Assembly (NCBI GenBank): GCA_025360005.1
Contig: JANYDA010000048.1
Location: forward strand, 78,048-142,047
Reading direction: 5' to 3'
DNA: 64,000 nt
DNA from: Fibrobacteria bacterium
GTDB lineage: Bacteria > Fibrobacterota > Fibrobacteria > UBA11236
Every line of letters begins with the position of its first letter. The stretch's first letter is position 1. Positions 51,183 through 60,275 of this stretch are shown one piece after another. Under the pieces are notes generated by a model. That model was not told the origin of the DNA and did no database searches. It worked only from the letters and a program-made list of their open reading frames with translations. The translations under genes were made by a program, and so were the position numbers.

Positions 51183-51478
51183 CCCCCGACTCCATCCTCG
51201 GAATGATTATCCCGGATAGCTTTATAATATAGGCCCCCGGCTTCCAAGCGGCGGGCATTCCTCCCTATTTGTCGCAAGAAAGGGAACCAAGGTTGCCATC
51301 CTCCCCAAAAACCGTGGCGGTATTTCGCCGTAATCCCCGATTCCAAGGCGCCTGCTGGGGCGTTGGGTTGGGTTGCGTGACGGCAAAGAAAGAGTAAAGG
51401 TTTTGAAAACCACCCCCGATATAGCTTATGTAAACCCGGCCGCCGAGCTTTGTGCTCGCCGGCACCCAAGGAAAAGCA

Positions 51479-51994
51479 ATGAAGACCCTGATGCTCCTGT
51501 GCAGCCTGATCCAAATCATTCCTGCCGCCGAAATCAAAGGCAAGGTGGTTGGGGTGAAGAGCGGGAACGAAATCGAGATCCTCAACGGCGGCAAGGTGTT
51601 CGCGCTCCGGTTGCAAGGCATCGACTGCCCCGCCAGGACCTTCGCTGCAGGCAAAGTGGCCCGCCGCTATATAGCGGACAACGCGTTCATGAATGACGTA
51701 TCGATCGAATTGACCGGAACCGAATCCGACGGCACCTTCATCGGCAAAGTCTCCCTCCCGAATGGCATGAGTTTGGAAGCGGAGATGGTGAAGGGCGGAT
51801 TCGCCTGGTGGGATAAGCAGGGCAGCCCCGACGACGCGGGTCTGGCCCGGCTTGAGCAGCAAGCCCGCGACGCCTACTTGGGCGTCTGGGCCGGCACTTC
51901 GGACGATGACGGCGAGGACTTCGGAAAGGAAGTGCTGGCCAAACGGGAAACCGCCGGAAAGGACAAGACCGCTATGCTGACCGCCGGCAACTGA
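51479..51994 (+). CDS. Secreted thermonuclease (SNase)-fold protein with degenerate active site
   Basis: RLQGIDCP, EMVKGGFAW, LEQQARDAYLGVW; DGDT replaced by SGNE. Confidence 0.75.
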   Translation: MKTLMLLCSLIQIIPAAEIKGKVVGVKSGNEIEILNGGKVFALRLQGIDCPARTFAAGKVARRYIADNAFMNDVSIELTGTESDGTFIGKVSLPNGMSLEAEMVKGGFAWWDKQGSPDDAGLARLEQQARDAYLGVWAGTSDDDGEDFGKEVLAKRETAGKDKTAMLTAGN

Positions 51995-52040
51995 AGCCGG
52001 AAGCATCCCACAACCCAATCCCCAGGCCCTCCCCGGGCCA

Positions 52041-52071
52041 GCGGCCCCATCCCCTGGGCCGCACTTTTTTT
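52041..52071 (+). terminator. Intrinsic terminator
   Basis: GCGGCCC / GGGCCGC stem followed by ACTTTTTTT. Confidence 0.65.
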
Positions 52072-52158
52072 AGAACCAAATTATTTGGTCGATAGGGAAA
52101 TGGGTCCGATCCGACGGGGATGGATCCGCATCCCCGCGCCGTGCGGCCGCGGCGGGCT

Positions 52159-52581
52159 TCAGCGGATCTTGAGGCAGCGGATCAGCACGCGGCGGCGATG
52201 CGGTTCCGTGCGATGCTCGCAGAGGAAAATCCCCTGCCAGGCGCCCAGGCTCAAGGACCCGTTGTCCACCGGGATGGATTCGCTGGTACCGGTGAGGAGG
52301 GCCCGCATATGGGAAGGGGAATCGTCCGGGCCTTCCAGGGTATGCCGGTGCCAGGGTTGGTTTTCCGGGGCCAAGCGGATGAGGAACTCCTCCAGATCCC
52401 GGCGCGCGGTGGGATCGTAATTCTCGCTGATCAGCAAGGACGCGCTGGTATGCTGCAGGTAGAGATGGCACATGCCTTCCTCCACCTTCCAGAGACGGAT
52501 CTGATCGGCGATGCGATCGGTGAAGGCGTGCAGCCCGCGGCCCGGGGTGCGGATCTCGATTTCGGTCTTAAGCCATTCCAT
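52159..52581 (-). CDS. yjbQ: YjbQ/UPF0047 family protein
   Basis: HTSASLLISEN-x-DP, H-x-x-EGPDD-x-PSH, LGAWQGIFLCEHR. Confidence 0.92.
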   Translation of the reverse strand: MEWLKTEIEIRTPGRGLHAFTDRIADQIRLWKVEEGMCHLYLQHTSASLLISENYDPTARRDLEEFLIRLAPENQPWHRHTLEGPDDSPSHMRALLTGTSESIPVDNGSLSLGAWQGIFLCEHRTEPHRRRVLIRCLKIR

Positions 52582-52619
52582 GCGGGGAAAGATAGCTGCG
52601 CGGGCGACCGCAGTGCAAG

Positions 52620-53567
52620 TTAGCGCTGCAGGCCTTGCGTGCGAGCGCGGGCGGGCGCCTCGTCTGCCGCGGACGAAGCATCCGCGGCAGACGAGGCGTC
52701 TGCTTCGCATTCCCTATCGTACAGCATACGTAACTTGCGGAATACCGGTCCCACCTTGCCGCCGCCGATTTTACGGCCGTCGATGCGGGTGATGGGGAGC
52801 GGTCCGCGTATGGAGGAGCACAGGAAGGCTTCTTCCATCATGTCCGTTTCCCCCGGGAAGAGCGCTACTTCCCCGCAAGGGATTTTCTCCCGGCGCAGGA
52901 TGCGTAAAAGCACTTGGCGGGTTATGCCGGGCAGGATGCCGGTTTCGATGGGCGGCGTCAGCACTTTGTCCTTGACCACGCAGAAGAAGCTGGACGTGCT
53001 GAGCTCGGCGATTTCCCCCTGCGGCCCCAGCAATATGGCCTCGTAGGCGCCTTTGCGATCGGCCTCGGCCTTGGCGAAGATGTTGGCCAGGTAGTTGGTG
53101 GACTTGATGGCGGAATCCAATCCGGATGCGGCCGCCTTGTTGATGCTGGAGACGGCCACTTTCACGCCGCGCTGGTAAAGTTCCGGCGGAAGCCCCGATA
53201 CGGGGGCTACGGTGATGATGAGGGTGGGCGGCAGGGAAGGATCGATGGCCAGTCCGCCCAGGTAACGTCCGCGCGTCAGGGTGATGCGCACCACCGCATC
53301 GGCCAAACCGCTCTTGGCGCAGAGCCGTTTGACAAGCTTCTCCAATGCCGCCGCATCCATATCCAAACGCAATCGCAAGCGCTTGGCGGACTTGGCCAGC
53401 CGCGCATAATGCAGGCCGAAGAATTGCGGGCGCCCGTTCCAGGCGCGCACGGTTTCGAACAGGCCGTCGCCGAGCACCAGGCCGCGATCGAAAACGGAAA
53501 CCACGGCTTTGTCGGCCGGGGTGATTTTGCCGTTCACATAAGCGTAGAGGGTTTTAGCGCCGCGCAA
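52620..53567 (-). CDS. Class-IV PLP-dependent aminotransferase (branched-chain aminotransferase / ADC-lyase family)
   Basis: DRGLVLGDGLFET, IKSTNYL, EAILL, GILPGITR. Confidence 0.9.
   Translation of the reverse strand: MRGAKTLYAYVNGKITPADKAVVSVFDRGLVLGDGLFETVRAWNGRPQFFGLHYARLAKSAKRLRLRLDMDAAALEKLVKRLCAKSGLADAVVRITLTRGRYLGGLAIDPSLPPTLIITVAPVSGLPPELYQRGVKVAVSSINKAAASGLDSAIKSTNYLANIFAKAEADRKGAYEAILLGPQGEIAELSTSSFFCVVKDKVLTPPIETGILPGITRQVLLRILRREKIPCGEVALFPGETDMMEEAFLCSSIRGPLPITRIDGRKIGGGKVGPVFRKLRMLYDRECEADASSAADASSAADEAPARARTQGLQR
52656..52698. repeat. Perfect 18-bp inverted repeat inside the 3' end of the aminotransferase gene
   Basis: CGCCTCGTCTGCCGCGGA, 7-nt loop, TCCGCGGCAGACGAGGCG. Confidence 0.85.
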
Positions 53568-56500
53568 AGGGGGAAACCGGATTCTGGGGGTTGCGCACCT
53601 TGCCGTTCGGACCGTTCCCCAACAGGCCGTTATACAAGCCGAAGGAAACGCCGAAGCTGATGCGGGTGGCGTAGGTATCGATTTCCGTGCCTCGTCCGCC
53701 CAGCTTGATCTTCACATCGTCCAATCGCACCAGGCCGCCATGGCCGTCCGGATAGCCGGAAAGCCCCGTGGCCGCCTCGAAGTAGGCCAGGAACGGGTAG
53801 TTGTTGTAAATGCGCGCGTTGAGCTTGAGTCCCCATCCTATGCTCTGGAACCAGCCGTCCGCATGGCCGGCGGGCTTCCAATAGTCCCCGTCCAAAAGAC
53901 GCGAGTCGAAGGCGGAGCCGTTCCACGCGCGTCCGCTTTCCCAGAACACGTTGAGGTAGAGATCCTCCAGGAAGAGAATCCAATAGCCTTTGTAGATGTC
54001 CGGGATGATGGGCTGGTTCAGGTCCGCGCTGAACTTCAGCGTATTGCGGCCCTGGAAAGCCAGGTTCTCGATGTCCCGCAGGAAGGGGTAACCGCGGAGG
54101 TACATGCCCTTGGCGAAGAAGCTGTCCAGCGTGTCCGCGCCGGCCTCCGGTTTGTCGACATGCCAGTCGAGGACGCTGCCCGCGAAGCCGGAAAGGAGCA
54201 GGGCGCCGTTGTCCGACCAGGGCAGGCCGATTCCGTAGCTGGCGCCCAAGTCCAGGTCATGCAGGGTATAGTCGCGGAAGAGCGTGCGCACCTCGCCCGA
54301 TGACGTCACCTCGAAGGTTTCCGCGAAGGAGCCTTTGCGTACGATGCCGGAGCGATCATAGGTATAGGCCGCCACCGCCGCCAGGCCCGTGGGGGCTATC
54401 TCTTCCTTGTCGTTGTAGGATGAGCTGTACAGGTTGACCACCGTGGACAGGTAGAGGTTCTTGTAATACTGGAAAGCGAACGGGAATTCATAGAAGTTGA
54501 AATCGTTCCAGGAATAGCCGCCCGCGACGCGCAGATAGGATGTCTTGGTGTCGTTCTCCACCGCGCCCGCGTCGAAGAGGTTGTAGGAGGCGGCCGCTTC
54601 CACGTTGCGGAAGATGACGGCGTAGTTCTGTTCCTCCACGCTTATTTCCGGCGCGCCCGGCTTGTCCCGCACCGTGACCGTATCGTGCGTGGTCAGATTC
54701 CCGCGCGAGAAGGATAGCTCCAGGGAGACGGGGAGCGCATGGTTGGCCCATCCCAGGTAGAATTGGGATTCCTTGTCGGCGGAGAGGATCTCGTCGTTGG
54801 CGCCGAAATAGTCCAGCCCCTTGCCCATTTCCAGGAGTAACGCGCCGGATACCTCGTTCTGGGTGACGGGGTCGTTGATGACCCCGTTGAAGCCGGCCAG
54901 CCATTTGGCCTCGCCGTAGCGGGCCGACCGCGTGGTCGCCGACATCTCTTCGCCGATGAGCAGCGGGTTCAGGATATAACGCGTGGGCACGCCCAGGTAT
55001 TTCTCGCTCTTGCCCTCGAAGTCGATGGGCTCCACCTTTTCATTTTCAGGATGCAGGGTGCGCAGGGCCGTGGGCGGGGCCGCCACCGGTTTGATGTCCG
55101 CCAGGAGGTAAAGCGAGAAGCCGTCCTTATCGTAGTTGACGTAGGCCAGGCGCTTGCCGCCGGGATCGACCGCTGGGGCGAAGGCGCCGCCGGGGACCTG
55201 GGTGATGGCTTCCACCGGGCCTGCCGCGCCGTTCTCGAAGGGACAGCGGTAGATGTTGTAGATGGCGTTGCTGTCCGCGGAGAAGAAAAAAGATTTCCCG
55301 TCCGGACTCCATTCGGGATCGCGCTCGTCGTAGGGGCGATCCAGCACGGGATGGAAACCGGTGCCGTCGGCGTTGATGATGGCGATGTTGCGGGAGGCGC
55401 CGTCGAAGTAAGAGAAAAGAATGGCCTTGCCGTCCGGGGAGAAGCGGGGCGAATAGATGTTGAAGCCGAAATGCCCTTGCATGGCGCTGTCCGCGGGGAA
55501 AATGGTCTTCACTTCCTCCGGATCCAATTCGGTCCGGCCCGTTTTGGGATCGGCGTGATCCGGTATGGGAGCCACGCACAGATAGAAGTTGGTCAGCTGG
55601 TTGCGCACGAAAACCACGCGCTTGCCCTGCTTATCGTAGCTGGCCTGCACGGCGTTCAGGGACTTGGTGAAGCGCTTCTCGGTCTTGTCCGGCCCGAAGG
55701 CGAAAAAGGGAGTCTTGCGCAGGGGATTGCGTTGGAAGACGTCCAGCTTATGGATGCCGTTGCTGTCCTCTTCGCGCGCGGAGTGGTAGAGGATGGTGCT
55801 GTCGTCCGGCGCCACGTCGAAGGGGCTGCGGATGGGCGCGATCAGCTTCAGGCGATCGTCCTCCTTCTTGGCGGTGTCCGCGAGCTTATAGCGGTACAGG
55901 GAACCTTTGAAATCGTCGCGGCCGCGGTTGGAGATGAGGAAGATGTTCTCGCCTTTGGAATCCCAGCGCGGATAATAGTTGTAGAATCCCTTTTCCGTCA
56001 GCTTCCGCCCTTGCCGCAAAGGCCCCAGCGCCTTCACCTGATCCGCGTATTGGGCCGTGATGGAATTCTTCCAATCCGTCCATACCTGTTGCGCATCCTT
56101 GCCCAGGACGTGCTCCATCGATCCGGACAGCGTCTGCCGGTGGATCCTGGCGTTCTCGGCCCACAGCTTGATGACGGCGTTGTCCCCGTAACGGGCGGCG
56201 ATGTATTTGACGAAGGCGAACCCTTGCGTGTAGGGTCCCAATTCGTATTGCAGGCTGGTGCCCGCGAAGGTGCCCATGCGATCGTAGCTGAGCAGCTTGT
56301 CGTTTAGGCAGGCGGTGCGCAAGAGCATGTCGCGGTGGGAGTCCCAGGCATCGTAGCCGGAGTATTCCGATTCGTACTGCGCCACGCCTTCCGCGAACCA
56401 GTTGGGCTGGCTGGTGAAAGGGACAATGGTGGCGGCGGAGGATTGCACCGCCTCGTTGTAGAAATCCTGGTATCCCAGCACCAGGCCTTGGATAGGGCTG

Positions 56501-56967
56501 GGAAGCTTGCTGGAGGATTGGATGGAAACCAGATGCGAGAACTCGTGCGTGACCACGTCCTTGAGCCAATTGTGCGTGCTGCGGATGGGAAAGTCCCAAT
56601 CCGAGATCCACACCGTCATGGTATTCTGCAGGGAGTTGGCCCAGCCGTTGGAGAAGATATCTTCGCGGATGATGAACTCTACCTTGTTGGGCAGGCGGAT
56701 CTGGTAGCGCTTCATCTTATCCTCCGCCACGCCTTCCGCGATGGCGGCGATGTAGCCGGCCACCGGCTCCAACTCGGCCGGATAATGGAAGCGGAAATGC
56801 TCCGTTTCCGAGGTGCGCCATTGGATATGCGCCTCATTGCGGTTGAGGGTGAAGGCATGCGCCGTCCCTGCGGACAGGCAAACGGCCAGCAGTCCCCACG
56901 CCACCCCCGTCTTTAAAAGGGCGCGCGCGCGGGATGCGATTTTTGGGTAGGAAAACCGGAACGGCAT
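53554..56967 (-). CDS. Metallopeptidase-like (HExxH) + PD40/TolB propeller + Omp85-type barrel fusion protein
   Basis: VVTHEFSH, WFAEGVAQY, repeated P-x-(W/F)SPDG, C-terminal LRGY and FWESG. Confidence 0.75.
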   Translation of the reverse strand: MPFRFSYPKIASRARALLKTGVAWGLLAVCLSAGTAHAFTLNRNEAHIQWRTSETEHFRFHYPAELEPVAGYIAAIAEGVAEDKMKRYQIRLPNKVEFIIREDIFSNGWANSLQNTMTVWISDWDFPIRSTHNWLKDVVTHEFSHLVSIQSSSKLPSPIQGLVLGYQDFYNEAVQSSAATIVPFTSQPNWFAEGVAQYESEYSGYDAWDSHRDMLLRTACLNDKLLSYDRMGTFAGTSLQYELGPYTQGFAFVKYIAARYGDNAVIKLWAENARIHRQTLSGSMEHVLGKDAQQVWTDWKNSITAQYADQVKALGPLRQGRKLTEKGFYNYYPRWDSKGENIFLISNRGRDDFKGSLYRYKLADTAKKEDDRLKLIAPIRSPFDVAPDDSTILYHSAREEDSNGIHKLDVFQRNPLRKTPFFAFGPDKTEKRFTKSLNAVQASYDKQGKRVVFVRNQLTNFYLCVAPIPDHADPKTGRTELDPEEVKTIFPADSAMQGHFGFNIYSPRFSPDGKAILFSYFDGASRNIAIINADGTGFHPVLDRPYDERDPEWSPDGKSFFFSADSNAIYNIYRCPFENGAAGPVEAITQVPGGAFAPAVDPGGKRLAYVNYDKDGFSLYLLADIKPVAAPPTALRTLHPENEKVEPIDFEGKSEKYLGVPTRYILNPLLIGEEMSATTRSARYGEAKWLAGFNGVINDPVTQNEVSGALLLEMGKGLDYFGANDEILSADKESQFYLGWANHALPVSLELSFSRGNLTTHDTVTVRDKPGAPEISVEEQNYAVIFRNVEAAASYNLFDAGAVENDTKTSYLRVAGGYSWNDFNFYEFPFAFQYYKNLYLSTVVNLYSSSYNDKEEIAPTGLAAVAAYTYDRSGIVRKGSFAETFEVTSSGEVRTLFRDYTLHDLDLGASYGIGLPWSDNGALLLSGFAGSVLDWHVDKPEAGADTLDSFFAKGMYLRGYPFLRDIENLAFQGRNTLKFSADLNQPIIPDIYKGYWILFLEDLYLNVFWESGRAWNGSAFDSRLLDGDYWKPAGHADGWFQSIGWGLKLNARIYNNYPFLAYFEAATGLSGYPDGHGGLVRLDDVKIKLGGRGTEIDTYATRISFGVSFGLYNGLLGNGPNGKVRNPQNPVSPFARR

Positions 56968-57025
56968 GAGCCCCCATAGTGTACAAAAATCGGGCCGCAG
57001 GTTACATTCCAAAAGGAGCAAAACC

Positions 57026-58474
57026 TTGGCCAGTTTCACTGAAAGATACCACGAACTCACCAAGTACAACCCGCATACCATCGATAAGCTGGGGCCGGTG
57101 CATTGGGATCGCCAACCTCCCGCCTTCAAGGCTATCAGCTCCAAAGTCAAAATAGACCTGCTCTCACGCCTGCAATCGGTGATGGATCACCTGGAAGAAG
57201 GTCCCCAGGTTTCCGCCAGTCCGGAAGCCGGCCTTGAAAACATCGCGCGGCTGCTGTTCTTCACCTTGGGCCTTACCGCGCGCCTGGGCGATCAAAGCGG
57301 CGGCGATTATTTCCTGCGCGCCGCGCCTTCCGCGGGCGGGCTTTATCCCACGGAAATCTATGTGGCCGCCCGCAACCAGAGCGGCTTGCCGGACGGGCTT
57401 TACCATTACCATTCGCTCAAGTCCGCGCTCATCCCCGTATGGCAGGGATCCTTCTGGGGGGATTTGAAGCATTATTTCCTGGGCCATCCCGGCGTGGAGG
57501 CTTCCGGCCTCATTTTCATTTTCACCGGCCTGTACGGCCGCAGCGCTTGGCGTTACAAGGAGCGCGCCTATCGGCGCATTCTGTTGGACACGGGTCATGC
57601 GGTGGGCAATCTGTTGGAAGCGTGCCGTTACGCGGACCTGGATCATTCCCTGATGGGCGGTTTCGTGGACGCGGGCCTGGAAGAGCTCCTGTTCCTGACG
57701 CCTAACGAGGAATTCCCCTTGCTGGGCGTGGCGGTGGGGCCGGCGGGAACCATCCCGTCGTTAAGCGGCCAATATCCGGGCGAACCGCCGGCCGAAGCCA
57801 TCCGCCATCTCACGCAAGGCGATCCCATGCAGGTGCAGCAGAACGCCTCCGAGCGCATTCTTTCCGAGAAGCCCCGGCCCTTGGTGGAAGGGGCCTGCGG
57901 CGGTCCCGCCTTTGCCGCCCCCAAGGATTTCAATCCCCTCAAGACCATCCTGCGCCGCCGCAGCTGCCGTAAGTTTTCCGGCGCCTCCATCACGCGCGGA
58001 CAAGCGGCGGAGATGCTCGCCTTCGCGTTCCGGGACTCCGGATCCGCCTGGTGCCTGGCTTCCGGCCATCTGGAATTCCACCTGGTGGCCCTCAACGTGG
58101 AGGGCCTGGAGGCGGGCGTTTACCGGCTGCGCAATGGCGCACTGGAACAGGATCCTAAGCGGACGGGGGATTTCCGCACCGAGACCTATACCATGTGCCT
58201 GGGCCAGGATCTGGCCGCCGAATGCGCTTTCGCCCTGGTCCACAGTTCCGATCTGGCGCGCTTGGCGGAAGCGTACGGCGATCGCGGCTATCGTTACGCA
58301 TGCATGGATGCCGGGCTGGTGGGCGAGCGGCTCAATCTCTGGGCGGTCCATCGCAACCTGGGTTCCAGCGGCATCGGCGGCTATTACGACGATCAGGCCA
58401 ACGAACTGCTGGAGATCCCGCTCACCCACGGTATCCTGTACATTACCCTGGTGGGCGTTCCGGAAGAGGAATGA
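57026..58474 (+). CDS. Two-domain SagB/ThcOx-like nitroreductase-fold protein
   Basis: RAAPSAGGLYP, YKERAYRRILLDTGH, RRRSCR, YGDRGYRYACMDAG; TTG after an AAGGAG RBS. Confidence 0.85.
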   Translation: MASFTERYHELTKYNPHTIDKLGPVHWDRQPPAFKAISSKVKIDLLSRLQSVMDHLEEGPQVSASPEAGLENIARLLFFTLGLTARLGDQSGGDYFLRAAPSAGGLYPTEIYVAARNQSGLPDGLYHYHSLKSALIPVWQGSFWGDLKHYFLGHPGVEASGLIFIFTGLYGRSAWRYKERAYRRILLDTGHAVGNLLEACRYADLDHSLMGGFVDAGLEELLFLTPNEEFPLLGVAVGPAGTIPSLSGQYPGEPPAEAIRHLTQGDPMQVQQNASERILSEKPRPLVEGACGGPAFAAPKDFNPLKTILRRRSCRKFSGASITRGQAAEMLAFAFRDSGSAWCLASGHLEFHLVALNVEGLEAGVYRLRNGALEQDPKRTGDFRTETYTMCLGQDLAAECAFALVHSSDLARLAEAYGDRGYRYACMDAGLVGERLNLWAVHRNLGSSGIGGYYDDQANELLEIPLTHGILYITLVGVPEEE

Positions 58475-58507
58475 TCCGGATCGATCCGGAATGGAGCGCC
58501 GGCCCGT

Positions 58508-60154
58508 TCAGACAGGCTTGTGTTCGGGCAGATCCAGAAACGCCTGCCGCAGCGCATTGGGATTGAAAGGTTTGGCCAATACCAGGGACATTCCGCAAGC
58601 CAGGCAGCGCTCGCGCTCTTCTTCCGTCACCGCCGCCGTAAAAGCGTAGATGATAGGGCGCCTGTTCGGGGGCAGCATCTTGAGGATCTTTTCCGTGGCT
58701 TCAAATCCGTCCATCACCGGCATCTGGCAATCCATCAGAATCAAATCGTAATCCTTGCTTTCCAGCATGCGCAGCACTTCCACCCCGTTGGCCGCCAGAT
58801 CGGCGCTGTAGCCCAGTTTCTTCACCGCGGCCAGGGCCACTATCTGGTTGACGCGGTTGTCCTCCGCGATGAGGATGGAAAGCGGTTTGATATCGGACAG
58901 CAGGCCCGCGGAGCCTTCCCCCGGCTTGGCCAGGAAGGAGGCCGGAGCCTCGCCCACTTCGTACTCCAGCAAGAAGGTGAAGGTCGATCCCTTGCCGGGT
59001 TCGCTTTCCAGGCCGATGGTCCCGCCCATGCCTTCCACCAGGCCTTTCACAATCGCCAATCCCAATCCGGTGCCGCCGTACTTGCGCGTGGTGGAAATGT
59101 CCACCTGGCTGAAGGAATGGAAAAGCCGATCCTGGGCATGCTTGGGGATGCCGATGCCTTCGTCGCGGACGGAGAAGGTGATCGCGATTTTACCGGCCGG
59201 CGCCGGACGCTTGGCGACGGTGAGGCAAATCTCGCCCGCCTCCGTGAACTTGATGGCATTGCCCAAAAGGTTCATCAGGATCTGCGAGAGCCGGGTCGAA
59301 TCCCCTATCAGCCAATCCGGCTTGCCTCCCAGTCCCACCTTAAGGCGCAGTCCCTTGTTGTGGGCGATGGGTCCCAGGATTTCCAAAATGTTCCGCGTCA
59401 ATTCATCCAGGCTGAAGGCATGGGTCTCGAACTGGATCTTGCCGGATTCGAGTTTGGAATAATCGAGGATATCGTTGAGCAACGTCAGCAGGATATCGCT
59501 GCAATTGCGGATGATGCGGAGATGATCGAGCGTTTCCCTGTCCCGGGTCTTGTCGATGAGGAGGTTGGTGATGCCCACTATCCCGTTCATGGGCGTGCGG
59601 ATCTCATGGCTCATGGATGCCAGGAAGGTGGATTTGGCGTCCAGGGCCTTTTTCAGTTCCCGGTTGGCGCGGCGCAGGTTGAGATGGGCCACCACTTGGT
59701 GCGCCAGGCATTTCATGGCCTGCTTCTGCTTCTCGGTAAGGCGCCTGGGCTTCTTGTCGATCACGCATAGCGTGCCCACATTGACCCCTTCGCCCAGTTC
59801 CAACGGGAAGCCCGCGTAGAAGACCGCATGGGGGGCCTCTTGCACCAGGGGATTGTCCTGGAAGCGCGCGTCCTTGCGCGTGTCTTCCACCTCGAACAAC
59901 CCGTCGCCCAGAATGGTGTGGGCGCAGAAGGCGAATTCCCTCGGGGTTTGCGTCACGTTCACGCCGTACCGGGATTTGAACCATTGCCGTTTGGAATCGA
60001 TGAGGCTTATCAGGCAGATAGGAGCGTCGCAGATCTGCGCGGTCAATGCGGTGACATCGTCGTAAATGTCTTCCGGTTCCGTATCGAGGATGACCAAGCC
60101 GGCGAGAGCGCGGATGCGGGCGGATTCATTGATGGGAAGGGGAGCGGATTCCAT
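58508..60154 (-). CDS. GAF-HisKA-HATPase-receiver hybrid histidine kinase
   Basis: GAF (CAHTI, FYAG-x-PL), SHEIRTPMNG, NAIKFT, GGTGLGL, LILMDCQMP. Confidence 0.94.
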   Translation of the reverse strand: MESAPLPINESARIRALAGLVILDTEPEDIYDDVTALTAQICDAPICLISLIDSKRQWFKSRYGVNVTQTPREFAFCAHTILGDGLFEVEDTRKDARFQDNPLVQEAPHAVFYAGFPLELGEGVNVGTLCVIDKKPRRLTEKQKQAMKCLAHQVVAHLNLRRANRELKKALDAKSTFLASMSHEIRTPMNGIVGITNLLIDKTRDRETLDHLRIIRNCSDILLTLLNDILDYSKLESGKIQFETHAFSLDELTRNILEILGPIAHNKGLRLKVGLGGKPDWLIGDSTRLSQILMNLLGNAIKFTEAGEICLTVAKRPAPAGKIAITFSVRDEGIGIPKHAQDRLFHSFSQVDISTTRKYGGTGLGLAIVKGLVEGMGGTIGLESEPGKGSTFTFLLEYEVGEAPASFLAKPGEGSAGLLSDIKPLSILIAEDNRVNQIVALAAVKKLGYSADLAANGVEVLRMLESKDYDLILMDCQMPVMDGFEATEKILKMLPPNRRPIIYAFTAAVTEEERERCLACGMSLVLAKPFNPNALRQAFLDLPEHKPV

Positions 60155-60275
60155 CGCGGTTCCTGGTTCAGCCGGGATTATCTTACCACCGGATCCGGGA
60201 ATGGTCGATACCGCATCCCCCGCGCGCGGGAATTTTCCTAAATTTTGTCCTTCCCATTTTAAACCGGTTGGCCCC

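Noticed and set aside
57026-58474. RiPP (TOMM) biosynthetic cluster around the SagB-like gene
   Set aside because: No YcaO, cyclodehydratase, precursor peptide or transporter nearby; stand-alone two-domain forms are common.
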